Shown: in pieces, positions 25,322 through 38,362 of the stretch | Layout: each line of letters starts with the position of its first letter | How positions within the stretch are numbered: position 1 is the stretch's first letter | Notes under the pieces: generated by a model | What the model was told of the DNA's origin: nothing | The model's input: only the letters and a program-made list of their open reading frames with translations | Database searches by the model: none | NCBI GenBank assembly: GCA_951406725.2 | Contig: OX597816.1 | Location: forward strand, 171,182,001 to 171,246,000 | From: Octopus vulgaris | Lineage: Eukaryota | Length of the DNA stretch: 64,000 bases | Direction: 5' to 3' | Program-made: the position numbers and the translations under genes

Positions 25322-25861
25322 ATATATACACACACACAACCTTACATGTATGTATTACAAAAGTTACAATATTTTTGAACCTAGAGAAAATTTTCTTTCA
25401 TGGGAAATATCACAGAAATGGAACTAAGTGCAGAAGTCTATGTTTACCGAAATGACACCACAAGAATATCAGGAATGACAACAATAGCACAAGCAACGAC
25501 TGACATCTATGAATGAAACAAGTCAACAGAGTTACAATAAAACAGACCAAATGAATGAACAACACAATATAGAACTGCAGTGTATGTGTGTACATAATTG
25601 TGTTTATGCATGTTTCGGAATGTGTACATATATACAACAGAGAGAGAGAAAGAGAGAGAGTGAATAAGTGGATGTTTATGTGCATGGAAAATCTACAATG
25701 ACATGCAACCTTAAGATGAAATGCAATCATGAGTTTTCCTCTGTGCTTAATGTTAATTATTATAAACGAATAGAAGAACAGGTAGTAGATGATTCCTATA
25801 GCTTACAAAAATATTACTGTCTACCATCAAACTATCTTTAATGCTGTTGCAAAGATTTTCT

Positions 25862-25892
<31 letters not shown>

Positions 25893-25949
25893 ATATGACC
25901 TCGTGTGTACCGTTGGCGATCTTTTTTCTTCTGTCTTCCCTTCTCCTAT

Positions 25950-25984
25950 GTTTCCGACGAAGAGCCCCACTCGAAACGTTAAAC
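25950..25984 (+). ncRNA. Minimal hammerhead-like motif in a short PLE pLTR-like fragment (about 25893-26060) between (TA)n tracts
   Basis: GTTT-CCGACGA-a-GAG(cccca)CTC-GAA-ACGT-T-AAAC: stem I GTTT/AAAC, stem II GAG/CTC, palindromic ACGT stem III. Confidence 0.6.
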
Positions 25985-26061
25985 CCTCCTTCTTTCCTTA
26001 AAGTCCAATAATACTATATTTGTTCCATGTCCTTGCATTGTGTTTCCATGTTTGGATTAAC

Positions 26062-26469
<408 letters not shown>

Positions 26470-26480
<11 letters not shown>

Positions 26481-26612
26481 TGTATGTATATATGCATATA
26501 TTTATATATTATTTATATTATTATATGATCGAACGCCACGCATCCACTTTCAAGTAAGTTTTATCTTAATAATTATGATGCGCACTCTTCTATCTTTACT
26601 ATCTCTTCTCTG

Positions 26613-26648
<36 letters not shown>

Positions 26649-27316
26649 TTCATCTTTTCAGGTTTTCTCTCCCACCCTTCCCTATTGTTCTCTCTCCTCT
26701 TCACCGTTCCCTCTCTCTCTCCTCCTCCTCAGCTCTCTTGTTGCTGACACGTGACAAAAGAGAATCTATCTTTCTGACCACTACCTTCGTAAAGACAACA
26801 ACACCTTATATTGTCTCCTTCAATAAGATCATCCTCCTAGTGTTCATAATAATTTTTCTATCGTCTTGACCTAACAGCCCTCACCGTTTGTTTTTACTGT
26901 TTTGTTCTCACTGTCCTGTTCTCGTTACCACTTTCACCCTCTGCAAAAAAACCCAAATTTTATTTATTTAATTTGCTGCGGGAAGGACTGTTTCAACAAA
27001 GTCACGTATTGTCCTTACCTTTGAAACGTGGAGTAGATGAAACAGGGACAACTGAAGAAGGGGAATATTCTTTATGTTGTATGTCTCGTTTATCTGTTTG
27101 TTTTTTCGTTGTTCAAAAAATAGTTTGTGTCTATGTTTTTGTTTTTATGTTTTCATTTCTCATTGTGTTCAACGTTTTTTTTTTATGTCCTATACCCATA
27201 TATGCATGTATATATACATATGTAGGTATGTACATATATGTATATATGCATATATTTATATATTATTTATATTATTATATGATCGAACACCATGCATCCT
27301 TTTCCAAATAAGTTTC
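26470..27316 (+). mobile_element. Probable PLE 3' region with direct terminal repeats
   Basis: Direct repeat of about 80 bp, tatatgcatatatttatatattatttatattattatatgatcgaac...taagttt, at ~26485-26560 and ~27240-27316; 27030-27260 matches 63730-64000 (-). Confidence 0.55.
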
Positions 27317-27329
27317 ATGTATGTATATA

Positions 27330-27994
27330 TATATATATGGTAGCAAAGTAATTTTTGAAGTTATTTTCACATAACCTGATGTAACTCCTTCTTTTGGTTG
27401 ATGTTATCATCTAGCATTGCTGTAACTTCTGCCTCTTATATATGACAGTTAACCATGCACCCCTGGTCGAGTGGATAGGTCCCTGCGTCTCGACAGTTAC
27501 AACTGTGAGTAGATTCTTGGTGGCATTATATATATGGTTAATTTATATTTGACGAATCTCTCTTTCTCACTTGTCAGATAGAATTAAGACTTAATATTTA
27601 AACAAGAGACAACAGAATGCAATTACAACATAAAAGCAGATGCCAACTGATAAACTTTAATGAAGACAGCATTTCAGAAAGTAAGTTGAAGAATAATTAG
27701 ATTGAACTATATTTTAAGTATAGATTCATGTTTAAAAGTCAGCTAGCTAAATTACTGAAGTAAATTAATTACAGCTGTATATATTATATAGGCAAATAAA
27801 CATGTTTGCATGTGTAGATAAACATACAATGATATAAAGAGAAGGTAAAATTGAAAATTTTGACCAGGAAAATTGGCAGAGTGGTCACCATTACTTAGTC
27901 TCTGTAGACTGAACAAACCAAAAATGCTGCATTGCACAGTGCACCATACACCAATGCATGTCGGGGTACATAAAATGGGGCTGAAGTCATTAGA

Positions 27995-28032
<38 letters not shown>

Positions 28033-28409
28033 TATATATACATATATACCTTCATATACATATATATATATATATATTTATAAATGAGGATTATATCGAT
28101 ATTTAAATATCGATATTATCAAGTGGCCAGCATGGGAAAAAATACCGTACAAAGGTAATAATTTTTTAACAATTAAAAATGAGGGTGTCTGAGAGACACC
28201 ACCATGCCGAAATAGCAGTCGAAACTCTGACTATGAATCCACGTTAAATGTTCATATCGTACCATGAGATAAGACAGAGGGACAAAATAGACAAGCTAAA
28301 GTTTGTCCCTCTGTCTTATCTCATGGTATGATATGAACATTTAACGTAGATTCATAGTCAGAGTTTCGACTGCTATTTCGGCATGGTGGTGTCTCTCAGA
28401 CACCCTCAT

Positions 28410-28447
<38 letters not shown>

Positions 28448-29208
28448 CTTTATATACATATACTCTTATTTGTTTCAGTCATTTGACTGTCGCAATGCTG
28501 GAGCACCACCTTTAGTCAAGCAAATCAACCCCAGAACTTATTCTATATATATGGTAGCAAAGTAATTTTTGAAGTTATTTTCACATAACCTGATGTAACT
28601 CCTTCTTTTGGTTGATGTTATCATCTAGCATTGCTGTAACTTCTGCCTCTTATATATGACAGTTAACCATGCACCCCTGGTCGAGTGGATAGGTCCCTGC
28701 GTCTCGACAGTTACAACTGTGAGTAGATTCTTGGTGGCATTATATATATGGTTAATTTATATTTGACGAATCTCTCTTTCTCACTTGTCAGATAGAATTA
28801 AGACTTAATATTTAAACAAGAGACAACAGAATGCAATTACAACATAAAAGCAGATGCCAACTGATAAACTTTAATGAAGACAGCATTTCAGAAAGTAAGT
28901 TGAAGAATAATTAGATTGAACTATATTTTAAGTATAGATTCATGTTTAAAAGTCAGCTAGCTAAATTACTGAAGTAAATTAATTACAGCTGTATATATTA
29001 TATAGGCAAATAAACATGTTTGCATGTGTAGATAAACATACAATGATATAAAGAGAAGGTAAAATTGAAAATTTTGACCAGGAAAATTGGCAGAGTGGTC
29101 ACCATTACTTAGTCTCTGTAGACTGAACAAACCAAAAATGCTGCATTGCACAGTGCACCATACACCAATGCATGTCGGGGTACATAAAATGGGGCTGAAG
29201 TCATTAGA

Positions 29209-29246
<38 letters not shown>

Positions 29247-29621
29247 TATATATACATATATACCTTCATATACATATATATATATATATTTATAAATGAG
29301 GATTATATCGATATTTAAATATCGATATTATCAAGTGGCCAGCATGGGAAAAAATACCGTACAAAGGTAATAATTTTTTAACAATTAAAAATGAGGGTGT
29401 CTGAGAGACACCACCATGCCGAAATAGCAGTCGAAACTCTGACTATGAATCCACGTTAAATGTTCATATCGTACCATGAGATAAGACAGAGGGACAAAAT
29501 AGACAAGCTAAAGTTTGTCCCTCTGTCTTATCTCATGGTATGATATGAACATTTAACGTAGATTCATAGTCAGAGTTTCGACTGCTATTTCGGCATGGTG
29601 GTGTCTCTCAGACACCCTCAT

Positions 29622-29659
<38 letters not shown>

Positions 29660-29755
29660 CTTTATATACATATACTCTTATTTGTTTCAGTCATTTGACT
29701 GTCGCAATGCTGGAGCACCACCTTTAGTCAAGCAAATCAACCCCAGAACTTATTC
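27330..29755 (+). repeat. Near-perfect tandem duplication, unit about 1.21 kb
   Basis: 27330-28543 versus 28544-29755; identical ORFs at 27752 and 28966 (offset 1214); the only difference seen is one TA unit. Confidence 0.95.
28080..28417. mobile_element. Fold-back hairpin + tail mini-element in (TA)n (duplicated at about 29292-29629)
   Basis: 116-bp arms 28171-28286 / 28302-28417 with 2 mismatches and a 15-nt loop; the tail contains a perfect 24-bp palindrome at 28093-28116. Confidence 0.75.
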
Positions 29756-29875
29756 TTTGTAAGCCTAGTACCTGTTCTATCGGTCTCTTTTGCCAAACCA
29801 CTAAGTGACAGGGACGTAAGCACACATCAGTTATCAAGTGACGTTGGGGAGACAAACACAGACACACATACATAC

Positions 29876-29918
<43 letters not shown>

Positions 29919-30100
29919 CACACATACACACATATATACGACGGGCTTCTTTTAGTTTCTGTCTACCAAATCCACTCACAAGGCTTTGGTCGGCCCGAAG
30001 CTATAGTAGAAGACACTTGCCCAAGGTGCCATGCTGTTGGACTAAACGCAGAACCATGTGGTTGGTAAGCAAGCTACTTACCACACAGCCACTCCTACGT
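29674..30100 (-). mobile_element. SINE family A
   Basis: Reverse-complement match to family A; its 3' end is also copied at 28463-28543 by the tandem duplication. Confidence 0.85.
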
Positions 30101-30476
30101 CTATACATATATATATATATCTTTATATACATATATATGTACATGTACCTTTATATACATATATATATATATAAATATATACCTTTTATACACACATACA
30201 TATATATACACACACACATATACATATATACACACAACATATACATAAATATATACATATATATATAAATTTTATATATATAAAGATATATATATATATA
30301 CACATACATACATATATACACATATATATGTGTACATATATATATACATCTCTATATACATATATATATCATGATATATATATATGTATACATACATATA
30401 TATATATAAATACCTCCCTATACACACACACACATATATATATATATATCTTTGTATACATATATATATATATATA

Positions 30477-30638
30477 TTTCTTTACTACCCACAAGGGGCT
30501 ATACACAGAGGGGACAAATATGGACAAACAAACGGATTACGTCGACCTCGGCGGAATTTGAACTCAGAATGTAATGGCAGGTGAAATACAGCTACGCATT
30601 TCACCCAGCGTGCTAACGTTTCTGCCAGCTCGCCGCCT
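30477..30638 (-). mobile_element. SINE family B with internal deletion
   Basis: Matches 21207-21435 with a deletion between the two gtcga/atcgac motifs. Confidence 0.8.
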
Positions 30639-30721
30639 TTTATATTAATAATATGACAACAAAAGAATGAATGAGACCTCGATATTATGTAAAATAGAGG
30701 AATTTATCTATAAATATAATA

Positions 30722-30780
30722 AGTGACAACTAGTTTCTGATACCGGAGATGAAGGCTGCTCTGGCATCTCATCAGTCATT
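30722..30780 (-). ncRNA. Degenerate hammerhead-like motif
   Basis: Minus strand aatga-CTGATGA-GATGCC...GGTATC-a-GAA-ACTAGT-T-gtcactt: 6-bp stem II and palindromic ACTAGT, but an extra A before GAAA and stem I out of register by one. Confidence 0.45.
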
Positions 30781-30911
30781 AAGACAAAATGCTATGCAAA
30801 AGAAAATCTCTTAAATAAAGGGAAATTACTCCCAATAGGCATGGTGAAAGCAATACTTCATTCATAAAATCTGCATGCTCACACATATATACAAACACAT
30901 ATGTACGTGTG

Positions 30912-30950
<39 letters not shown>

Positions 30951-30957
30951 ATGCATG

Positions 30958-31200
30958 TATAACCAAATTATCCAATTATATATGGTCCTTAAAAGAAAAA
31001 GGTGTAAACTTTAAGATCCACTGGAAGATCTTGGCCAAGTGCAAGCCTTACACCAATTGCTTTGGAATGTGCAGTCTTTGTGATATGGAAAGATGGCTTA
31101 TATGGAAAAGTTCTTTAGACCCCACTACATGTGTAAATTCAAGAACTGAAATTTTTGCGCCATGTCCACTTATGGCAAAACATTTGCTATGCTTTTGGAC
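30958..31200 (+). mobile_element. PLE GIY-YIG endonuclease C-terminal fragment
   Basis: [30 protein letters not shown]...[11 protein letters not shown]...[11 protein letters not shown] fits the T.LS.YIW.LK...W.IL...CxLC..E...LN.R.E...C pattern of a PLE endonuclease subgroup. Confidence 0.7.
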
Positions 31201-31919
31201 CAACCACCCATGCAAGATCACAGAGAGAACCTGCTTTTTATGTTATATAATGTCCACATATAAGACTTTTACATGTCTGAACATCCTTTATACTTTTATA
31301 TATATATATATTTATATACACACAAACATATATATACACACATATATATACACACACACATATACATATATATATACACACACACATATATATATATACA
31401 CATATATATGTGTATATATATATATATATATACACATACATACATATATACACATATATGTGTACATATATATATACACACATACATATATATATACATA
31501 CATATATACATACATATACATACATATATACATACATATACATACATATATATATATATACATACATATACATAGATACATATATATATATACACATTTA
31601 TACACATATATACATACATATACATACATATATACATACATATACATACATATATATATATATACATACATATACATAGATACATATATATATATACACA
31701 TTTATACACATATATATATACATATACATATATATATATTTATGTACATATGCATACATGTACATACATACAGATACATACATATACATATAGATACATA
31801 TATATACATTATACATACAAATATATATATACACATACACACACACATACATACCCACATGCACACACACACAAACACACACACATATATACAGACATAA
31901 ATATCCTTCTGCCTCTACC

Positions 31920-32195
31920 TGCTCCAGAGCGTCGGCTGTGGGGTCAATCCGAAAAGCTCTATCTGCGATGATTTCATCTCAATCAAAGGAGAGGGGCTTT
32001 CTCCATCCGGGTTGTGGATCCGTGGAATAAGCTGCCGGACGAGATAGTGAAAATGCTGACGACTGCTGGGTTCAAAGTCTCTCTTGACCAGAAATGGCCT
32101 GAACTCTTTGCATGAACACCACCCTGTACATAACTCCATGTCCCCCTACATGGCCTTGCTTTTGCTTTTTGAGCCAAAAAATTAACTTAACTTAA
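31920..32195 (+). mobile_element. CR1-group LINE 3' end with (TTAAC)n tail
   Basis: GQSEKLYLR*FHLNQRRGAFSIRVVDPWNKLPDEIVKM...FKVSLDQKWPELFA*; tail attaacttaacttaac. Confidence 0.85.
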
Positions 32196-33503
32196 CTCTC
32201 CACATGGCCAGTGTTTGACCAAGCCTGATCTGTCTTTCTTGGTTCAACTACAGGCCATGCAACATCTATATTCCTCCCCATGCCTGCCATAACGCTTCAC
32301 TTCCACACATGCCAGCTTAATTTAACTTATCTTTAGTCAAAACACACTTCTTCTTAATGTCCTGTTATTTTCATTTGTATTTGTGTTCCATTTCTCTAAT
32401 TTTTTTGCATCCTTCTTTTTTTATACACACGCTGCTTTCTTCCAAGGAATCTAATGCTCTTCGCTTAGTTTTTCCTTCGGCTGGCCAGATTGGAGCAATC
32501 TCAAGTATAACCAGCCAAAATTGCAAAGATAATCTGGAACTCATCTGAGGAAAGAAAACTCCAAATGACCCATCCTTGTTTTTTCTAGTCCCTTTTTGTA
32601 TCATATGTCTGGATGCTTTTTTGACCCCTTTTTTGTATCATCTATCTGGATGTTTTGCATTATTCTCCCATATATACATATATATATTATATAAATATAT
32701 TATATATATAAATGCAATGTGTGTATGAACAATAGAGGACAAATGTTCTGATGGAAAAACTGGGCATAAAGAGGAGTTACATGTTGTGTGGAAGTAGGAA
32801 GACTGTACTGATATGGATGCGATACATAAAGATGAGGATAGCTGTACATGGAAGTGCTTGGTCATTAAATGTGAATGGAGTTGGAAGAAAGGATTGACTC
32901 AAGATGACACAGGACAAAATGATGATGGCTGATCTCAGGACCTGAAATGTCACAGAAGAGATGATAAGGAATCGAGATAACTGGCAACTTGCAGTTCTTG
33001 AGAAAGTGTGTAAAATTATATTTTGGAAGCAGTATGTGTGTGTGTGTGTACACACAACAGAACCCTTTACTGCATTTCCTCTTCAAGACACCCTCACCAA
33101 CCATCATATTTTTAACTGCAGAACCATTTCACTTGGTATCCATCCCTTCATCATTCTACAGTTCTTTCCACCTACATTTTACACTGATCACCCCACCTGA
33201 GCGACTAAAGTATTTCTTTCTCTTCACCACCATACCTGCCACACTGTCCAAGTACTATATCTGTCTCTTCCTCCCATCCCTAACCCACATTCTGGCAACC
33301 AACCAAATAACATGTCTCCTCTCCTATCCTTCTCCTGTCTACTGTATCACCACGGCAATTCTGCTGTTCTCATTTATACCTCATTGGTCACCCCACCCCT
33401 TATTTACCATTGACTACATCCATCCCTTAACACTTGTCCTTCAATTAACATTCTTAATCACAGCTATGCCTAAGTATACACACAATGCTTGTGCAGATAC
33501 ACG

Positions 33504-33533
<30 letters not shown>

Positions 33534-33534
<1 letters not shown>

Positions 33535-33744
33535 TTCTTTACTACCCACAAGGGGCTAAACAGAGGGGACAAACGAGGGACTAAGTCGATTACATCGATC
33601 CCAGTGCGAAACTGGTACTTTATTTATCGACCCCGAAAGGATGAAAGACAAAGTCGACCTCGGCGAAATTTGAACTCAGAAGGTAACGACAGACGAAATA
33701 CCGCTAAGCATTTCGCCCGGCGCGCTAACGTTTCTGCCAGCTCG
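33534..33744 (-). mobile_element. SINE family B
   Basis: Matches 21207-21435. Confidence 0.85.
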
Positions 33745-33878
33745 AATACAATGTGTCTAAGCAAAGGCAGTTTTCCCCCCATACATTAGAGTGTATAATA
33801 TATATATATATATATATATATTATACACTCTAATGTATTGGGGGGGAACTGCCTTTTGCTTAGACACATTGTATTCGA
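33742..33878. repeat. 137-bp near-perfect palindrome centred on (TA)n
   Basis: tcgaatacaatgtgtctaagcaaa...tacattagagtgtataa-(TA)n-ttatacactctaatgta...tttgcttagacacattgtattcga. Confidence 0.9.
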
Positions 33879-34356
33879 AACATCTCTATGCATAGTGTGT
33901 GGAATTAAATGCTACAGAACAGATGGACACATTTAGAATCTCTTAAAAACAAGACAAAGAGACAATGTATTATGACAAACCACAAACTAACAGTGACAAT
34001 ATACTACAAATACACTAAAATAAAGACACCTTGCCAACAACAAACTACAAATGTGTAAACTTATGAGCAAGTTACAAATGACCAGTGAGATTTGTAAATT
34101 ATATTGTAAAAAAATAAAAGTTATAAACTACAGGACTTCTACAGTTACAATGCTCATATGTACAATACTGTCCCATAGGCTTCCTATGCATTTACAACAA
34201 TAAGCAATTGCAGTAATTCATGCTGTACAACACAAAACAAAACTAGGTAGGAAAACTGGACAACATATATGGAAATCCCCATTAACATAGACTATTAGAC
34301 TTGGATGCAATTAACTATGAGAGCAAAAACAATGATAAAATATACCTACAGAAAAA

Positions 34357-34766
34357 GGATCTTTTCGGTTTGAACAGCAGTTTTTAACATAATTTCTAGG
34401 TAACTAAAAAATTTTAAACTTTGTATACTGGTAGAATGTGTTTATAAAACATCTTTTTCCCTTGACTTTATTGAGAAAATTCTATAGTTTGTAAGATATT
34501 TGTTGTTTTTTTCTTCAATTTCAACCAATCACTGACGTATTTGAGGTAAAAAAAAAACATTCTGTGCCGTATGAATATGTCCCTCGTTTAAGAAACAGAT
34601 TGGGTTTATTTACATTTGTGAAGAAAAAAAGATACCCTTCCCCCCACCCCCACCCCTAACCCTAAAACAGATTGAAATGCAATAGATCGATACTAGGGTC
34701 ATAATTATGGGTGACAATTTCATATGACACTGCTAGAAAAAACTACCGTTCAAACCAAAAATATCC
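34357..34766. mobile_element. 410-bp MITE with about 28-bp TIRs and an 8-bp TSD (Merlin-like termini)
   Basis: TSD CAGAAAAA at 34349-34356 and 34767-34774; TIR GGATCTTTTCGGTTTGAACAGCAGTTTTT versus reverse complement GGATATTTTTGGTTTGAACGGTAGTTTTT. Confidence 0.8.
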
Positions 34767-35665
34767 CAGAAAAAAATAGATGTAATATACAAAATAAACA
34801 TGTAGCTAAGGATAAAATTTCAGATAGCAGCAATAACATCTCAAATTTGGCTGAGAAAACCTAGAGAAAGCACATTTACATAGTATGGGGTAAGCAGTTA
34901 CACATAGCCCCAATACTTCACATCCTGATAATGATACAGGGGAAGTCTGGAAAGGCTGTTCATTAATTTAGAATTTTTATTGCAGTAAACAGTCAGCAAA
35001 AAAGACAAACTAAACAATGAAAAACTCTAATACAAACAGTAAAAACAAGAAAAACAATTATAATTTAAATAAATCACACACCCAAATATCTATCCATTCA
35101 TAGAAATAGATATGTGTATGCACATATCTACACATGTATACACATACACATGTAGATAGATAGTTATGACACATATACACACACAGATGTGTGTGTGTAT
35201 ACATACACTACACACATATACATAATACACACGCCATATATATTTCCTGTCCATAAAGTGACAAAGTGGACAAGGGCTGACAAGTCAGAGGACAATATCA
35301 TGTGACAATATCTGCTTTGGCATGGTTTCTACAGTCGGCACCAATCGTTTTACTGTGAGTACTTGATGAGAGCCCTTACAGAACTAGCAGCAGTGATGAT
35401 CACCTCATAACTTGCAAGACTAAAACCCTAAAATGGACCCTATAACCTAAGGAGAACAAAAAAGACAGCAGGAGATTATCTAAAGTGAAGAGACAGGGAA
35501 TGGTAATTAGAAAGTGAGGGAGTATGGCAGGGAATAAGGGATTAGTAACAGGGTTGAGAAAAAGGGAGGAGTAGATTTGATAAGATGATAGAACAGGTTA
35601 CTTAAAGGGAGGTCTAGAGCTGTCCAATATTATAAGGGGTGAGTAATGATAGAAGTTGTGATGGG

Positions 35666-35893
35666 CAGCGAGCTGGCAGAAACGTTAGCATGCCAGGTGA
35701 AATCCTTAGCGGTATTTCATCTGCCGCTACGTTCTTAGTTCAAATTCTGTCAAGGTCAACTTTGCTTTGCTTCCTTTTGGGGTCGATTAAATAAGTACCA
35801 GTTATGCACTGGGGTCAATATAATCGACTTAATCTGTTTGTCTGTTCTTGTTTGTCCCCTCTGTGTTTAGCCCCTTGTGGGAAGTAAAGAAAT
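35666..35893 (+). mobile_element. SINE family B
   Basis: gagctggcagaaacgttagca...ccccttgtgggaagtaaagaaat; flanking duplication agaagttgtgatggg on both sides. Confidence 0.85.
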
Positions 35894-36210
35894 AAGAAGT
35901 TGTGATGGGAAGGAACAATAGACTAGGGTGGAGATATATCCTAAGAGAGTCCTTAAAGGAAAGAGAAGTATGGGGTCAGTGGGGGAAAAAATGAGAAGTG
36001 GTGTTGAGTTAAGGGGGAAAAAAAGAGGGTGAGAGATAAGAAGTAGACAAAAAAGAGGTAGTTTAGAGGTAGCAAGAAGAGGATGAGCAGAATGTGAATA
36101 CCACAAAAGCAATGCAGACAGGAAGGCAGTAAAAAAAAAGAAGAGAGAATGAAATAGGAGAAAATAGTGAGTAGGGAAAGAAAGGCTAGAAGTTATCCTA
36201 GATAATTATA

Positions 36211-36675
36211 GGCGCAGGAGTGGCTGTGTGGTAAGTAGCTTGTTTACCAACCACATGGTTCCAGGTTCAGTCCCACTAGGAGTGACTGTGTGGTAAGTAG
36301 CTTGTTTACCAACCACCTGCTTCCAGGTACAGTCCCACTGCGTGGCACCTTGGGCAAGTGTCTTCTACTATAGCCTCGGGCCGACCAATGCCTTGTGAGT
36401 GGATTTGGTTGACGGAAACTGAAAGAAGCCCGTCGTATATATGTATATATATATGTGTGTGTGTGTATGTTTGTGTGTCTGTGTTTGTCCCCCTAGCATT
36501 GCTTGACAACCGATGCTGGTGTGTTTATGTCTCCGTTACTTAGCGGTTCGGCAATAGAGACTGATAGAATAAGTACTGGGCTTACAAAAAGAATAAGTCC
36601 CGGGGTCGAGCTCCTAAATTAAAGGCGGTGCTCCAGCATGGCCGCAGTCAAATGACTGAAACAAGTAAAAGAGAG
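36211..36675 (+). mobile_element. SINE family A with duplicated tRNA-like head
   Basis: Head occurs twice (36211-36277, then again from 36278). Confidence 0.85.
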
Positions 36676-36929
36676 TATATGTAAAGACAGAGAGTGGGAC
36701 GAAGGTAAGAAGGGTGTTGGATGGCAATAGAGGTAACTCAAGAGAAGAGACAGTGTACTGTGAGTGAGGGGCTGTCAGATGACATTGGTGGAGAGCAATA
36801 CTCATATATAATACATGCACATATACATATATTCATACATACACACACAGATATGTTACAGCCCATAATCACTCCCCTTACTTTAGGATGCATTTTGCCA
36901 TGATTAGACGGGTATTCTATGGCACAGTT

Positions 36930-37460
36930 TGTTGCCATTTCTTACAAGAGATGCAACATCTTCAGATTGGTCTTTACCTCTGTCCCAAGTTTTCTTTGAT
37001 TTCCATCTTCCACGGGTTCCACAACTCCAAGCGCTAAACACTTCTGCACACAGCAGTCATCCTTCATATGCATCATATGCCCATACCAGCGCAGCCACTT
37101 ATCTTGTTTATTACACCTGGTCCCTCTTATACCCTGCTTTTATCTTAGTTCATCTGTTCTTTGGTACTCATATACATTAACATCAAACATCACCAAAGCA
37201 TGTTAGCTTCATTTCTTTGCAGTCTTTGCAAACTTTCTGCAGTCAAGACTTGTATCACTACAATGAAGCATCACAGTTTTGACACAAAAATCATACAATC
37301 TGCCCTTTACTATGAGGAAAAAAGATTTTGTTGCCAACAGTAAATACAATTTCTTGAACTTTTCCATTCTATCTTTACACTGGTTACTATACTCCCTTAT
37401 GTCTCCAAGGTAACAGCAGCTATCAACAACAACTTGTGAGCTATCTGAGCATTTAAGACA
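36930..37460 (-). mobile_element. Decayed RTE LINE fragment
   Basis: VVDSCCYLGD...LLLATKSFFLIVKGRLYDFCVKTVMLHCS; same family as 1817-2790. Confidence 0.7.
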
Positions 37461-37654
37461 ATCTATTTCCAGTATGCTCAATGTACACATTGACCCAAGG
37501 TACCATGCAGTAGGACCGAGCCAACATCTACATGATCAGAAAGTGAGCTCCTTTTTTATACACACATACAGAGATAAAGGAACATTTTCAGAACACTCCC
37601 TTGGGGTTTATTCCCCAGTCTTATCATTATTACTGACAATCAGCATCACTATAT

Positions 37655-38053
37655 ACTCTTTTACTCTTTTACTTGTTTCAGTCATTTCACTGCGGCCATG
37701 CTGGAGCACCGCCTTTAGTCGAGCAAATCGACCCCGGGACTTATTCTTTGTAAGCCCAGTACTTATTCTATCGGTCTCTTTTGCCGAACTGCTAAGTGAC
37801 GGGGACGTAAACACACCAGCATCGGTTGTCAAGCAATGCTAGAGGGACAAACACAGACACACAAACACACACATATATATACATATATATATACGACAGG
37901 CTTCTTTCAGTTTCCGTCTACCAAACACACTCACAAGGCATTGGTCGGCCTGGGGCTATAGCAGAAGACACTTGCCCAACATGCCACGCAGTGGGACTGA
38001 ACCCGGAACCATGTGGTTGGTAAACAAGCTACTTACCACACAGCCACTCCTGA
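37655..38053 (-). mobile_element. SINE family A
   Basis: Reverse-complement match to family A. Confidence 0.9.
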
Positions 38054-38362
38054 GCATTTTAAAATTTAGTTGAAGTGGATATGCTTCTCTTATCAGATAT
38101 AACAATGACAGTTACCTTCACTCAGTGATTTTAAAAATGAGGCCCATCTCTATATACATTCTCTTTATTTTATTTTTATTTTCTATGTGAGTATATCACC
38201 TGATTTCTATGATATTTTCAGATTTCACCATCTGCAATGGAATCCTCTGCAAGGATATTTTCAGTTAATTAAGGTGTTCAACTCACTGTACTACATTTGT
38301 GAGACACAACTGTTTATGTATATATGCACATACACACTCCCTTTCATAAACACACATACACA

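Noticed and set aside
28180-28235. CTGAGAGA...GAAATAGCAGTC as a hammerhead
   Set aside because: The core does not fit CUGANGA, stems I and II do not pair, and its orientation is opposite to that of the motifs in the other hairpins.
34640-34666. Telomeric-like CCCTAA repeats (also 1043-1054)
   Set aside because: Only about two units, and one case is internal to a MITE; not an interstitial telomere array.
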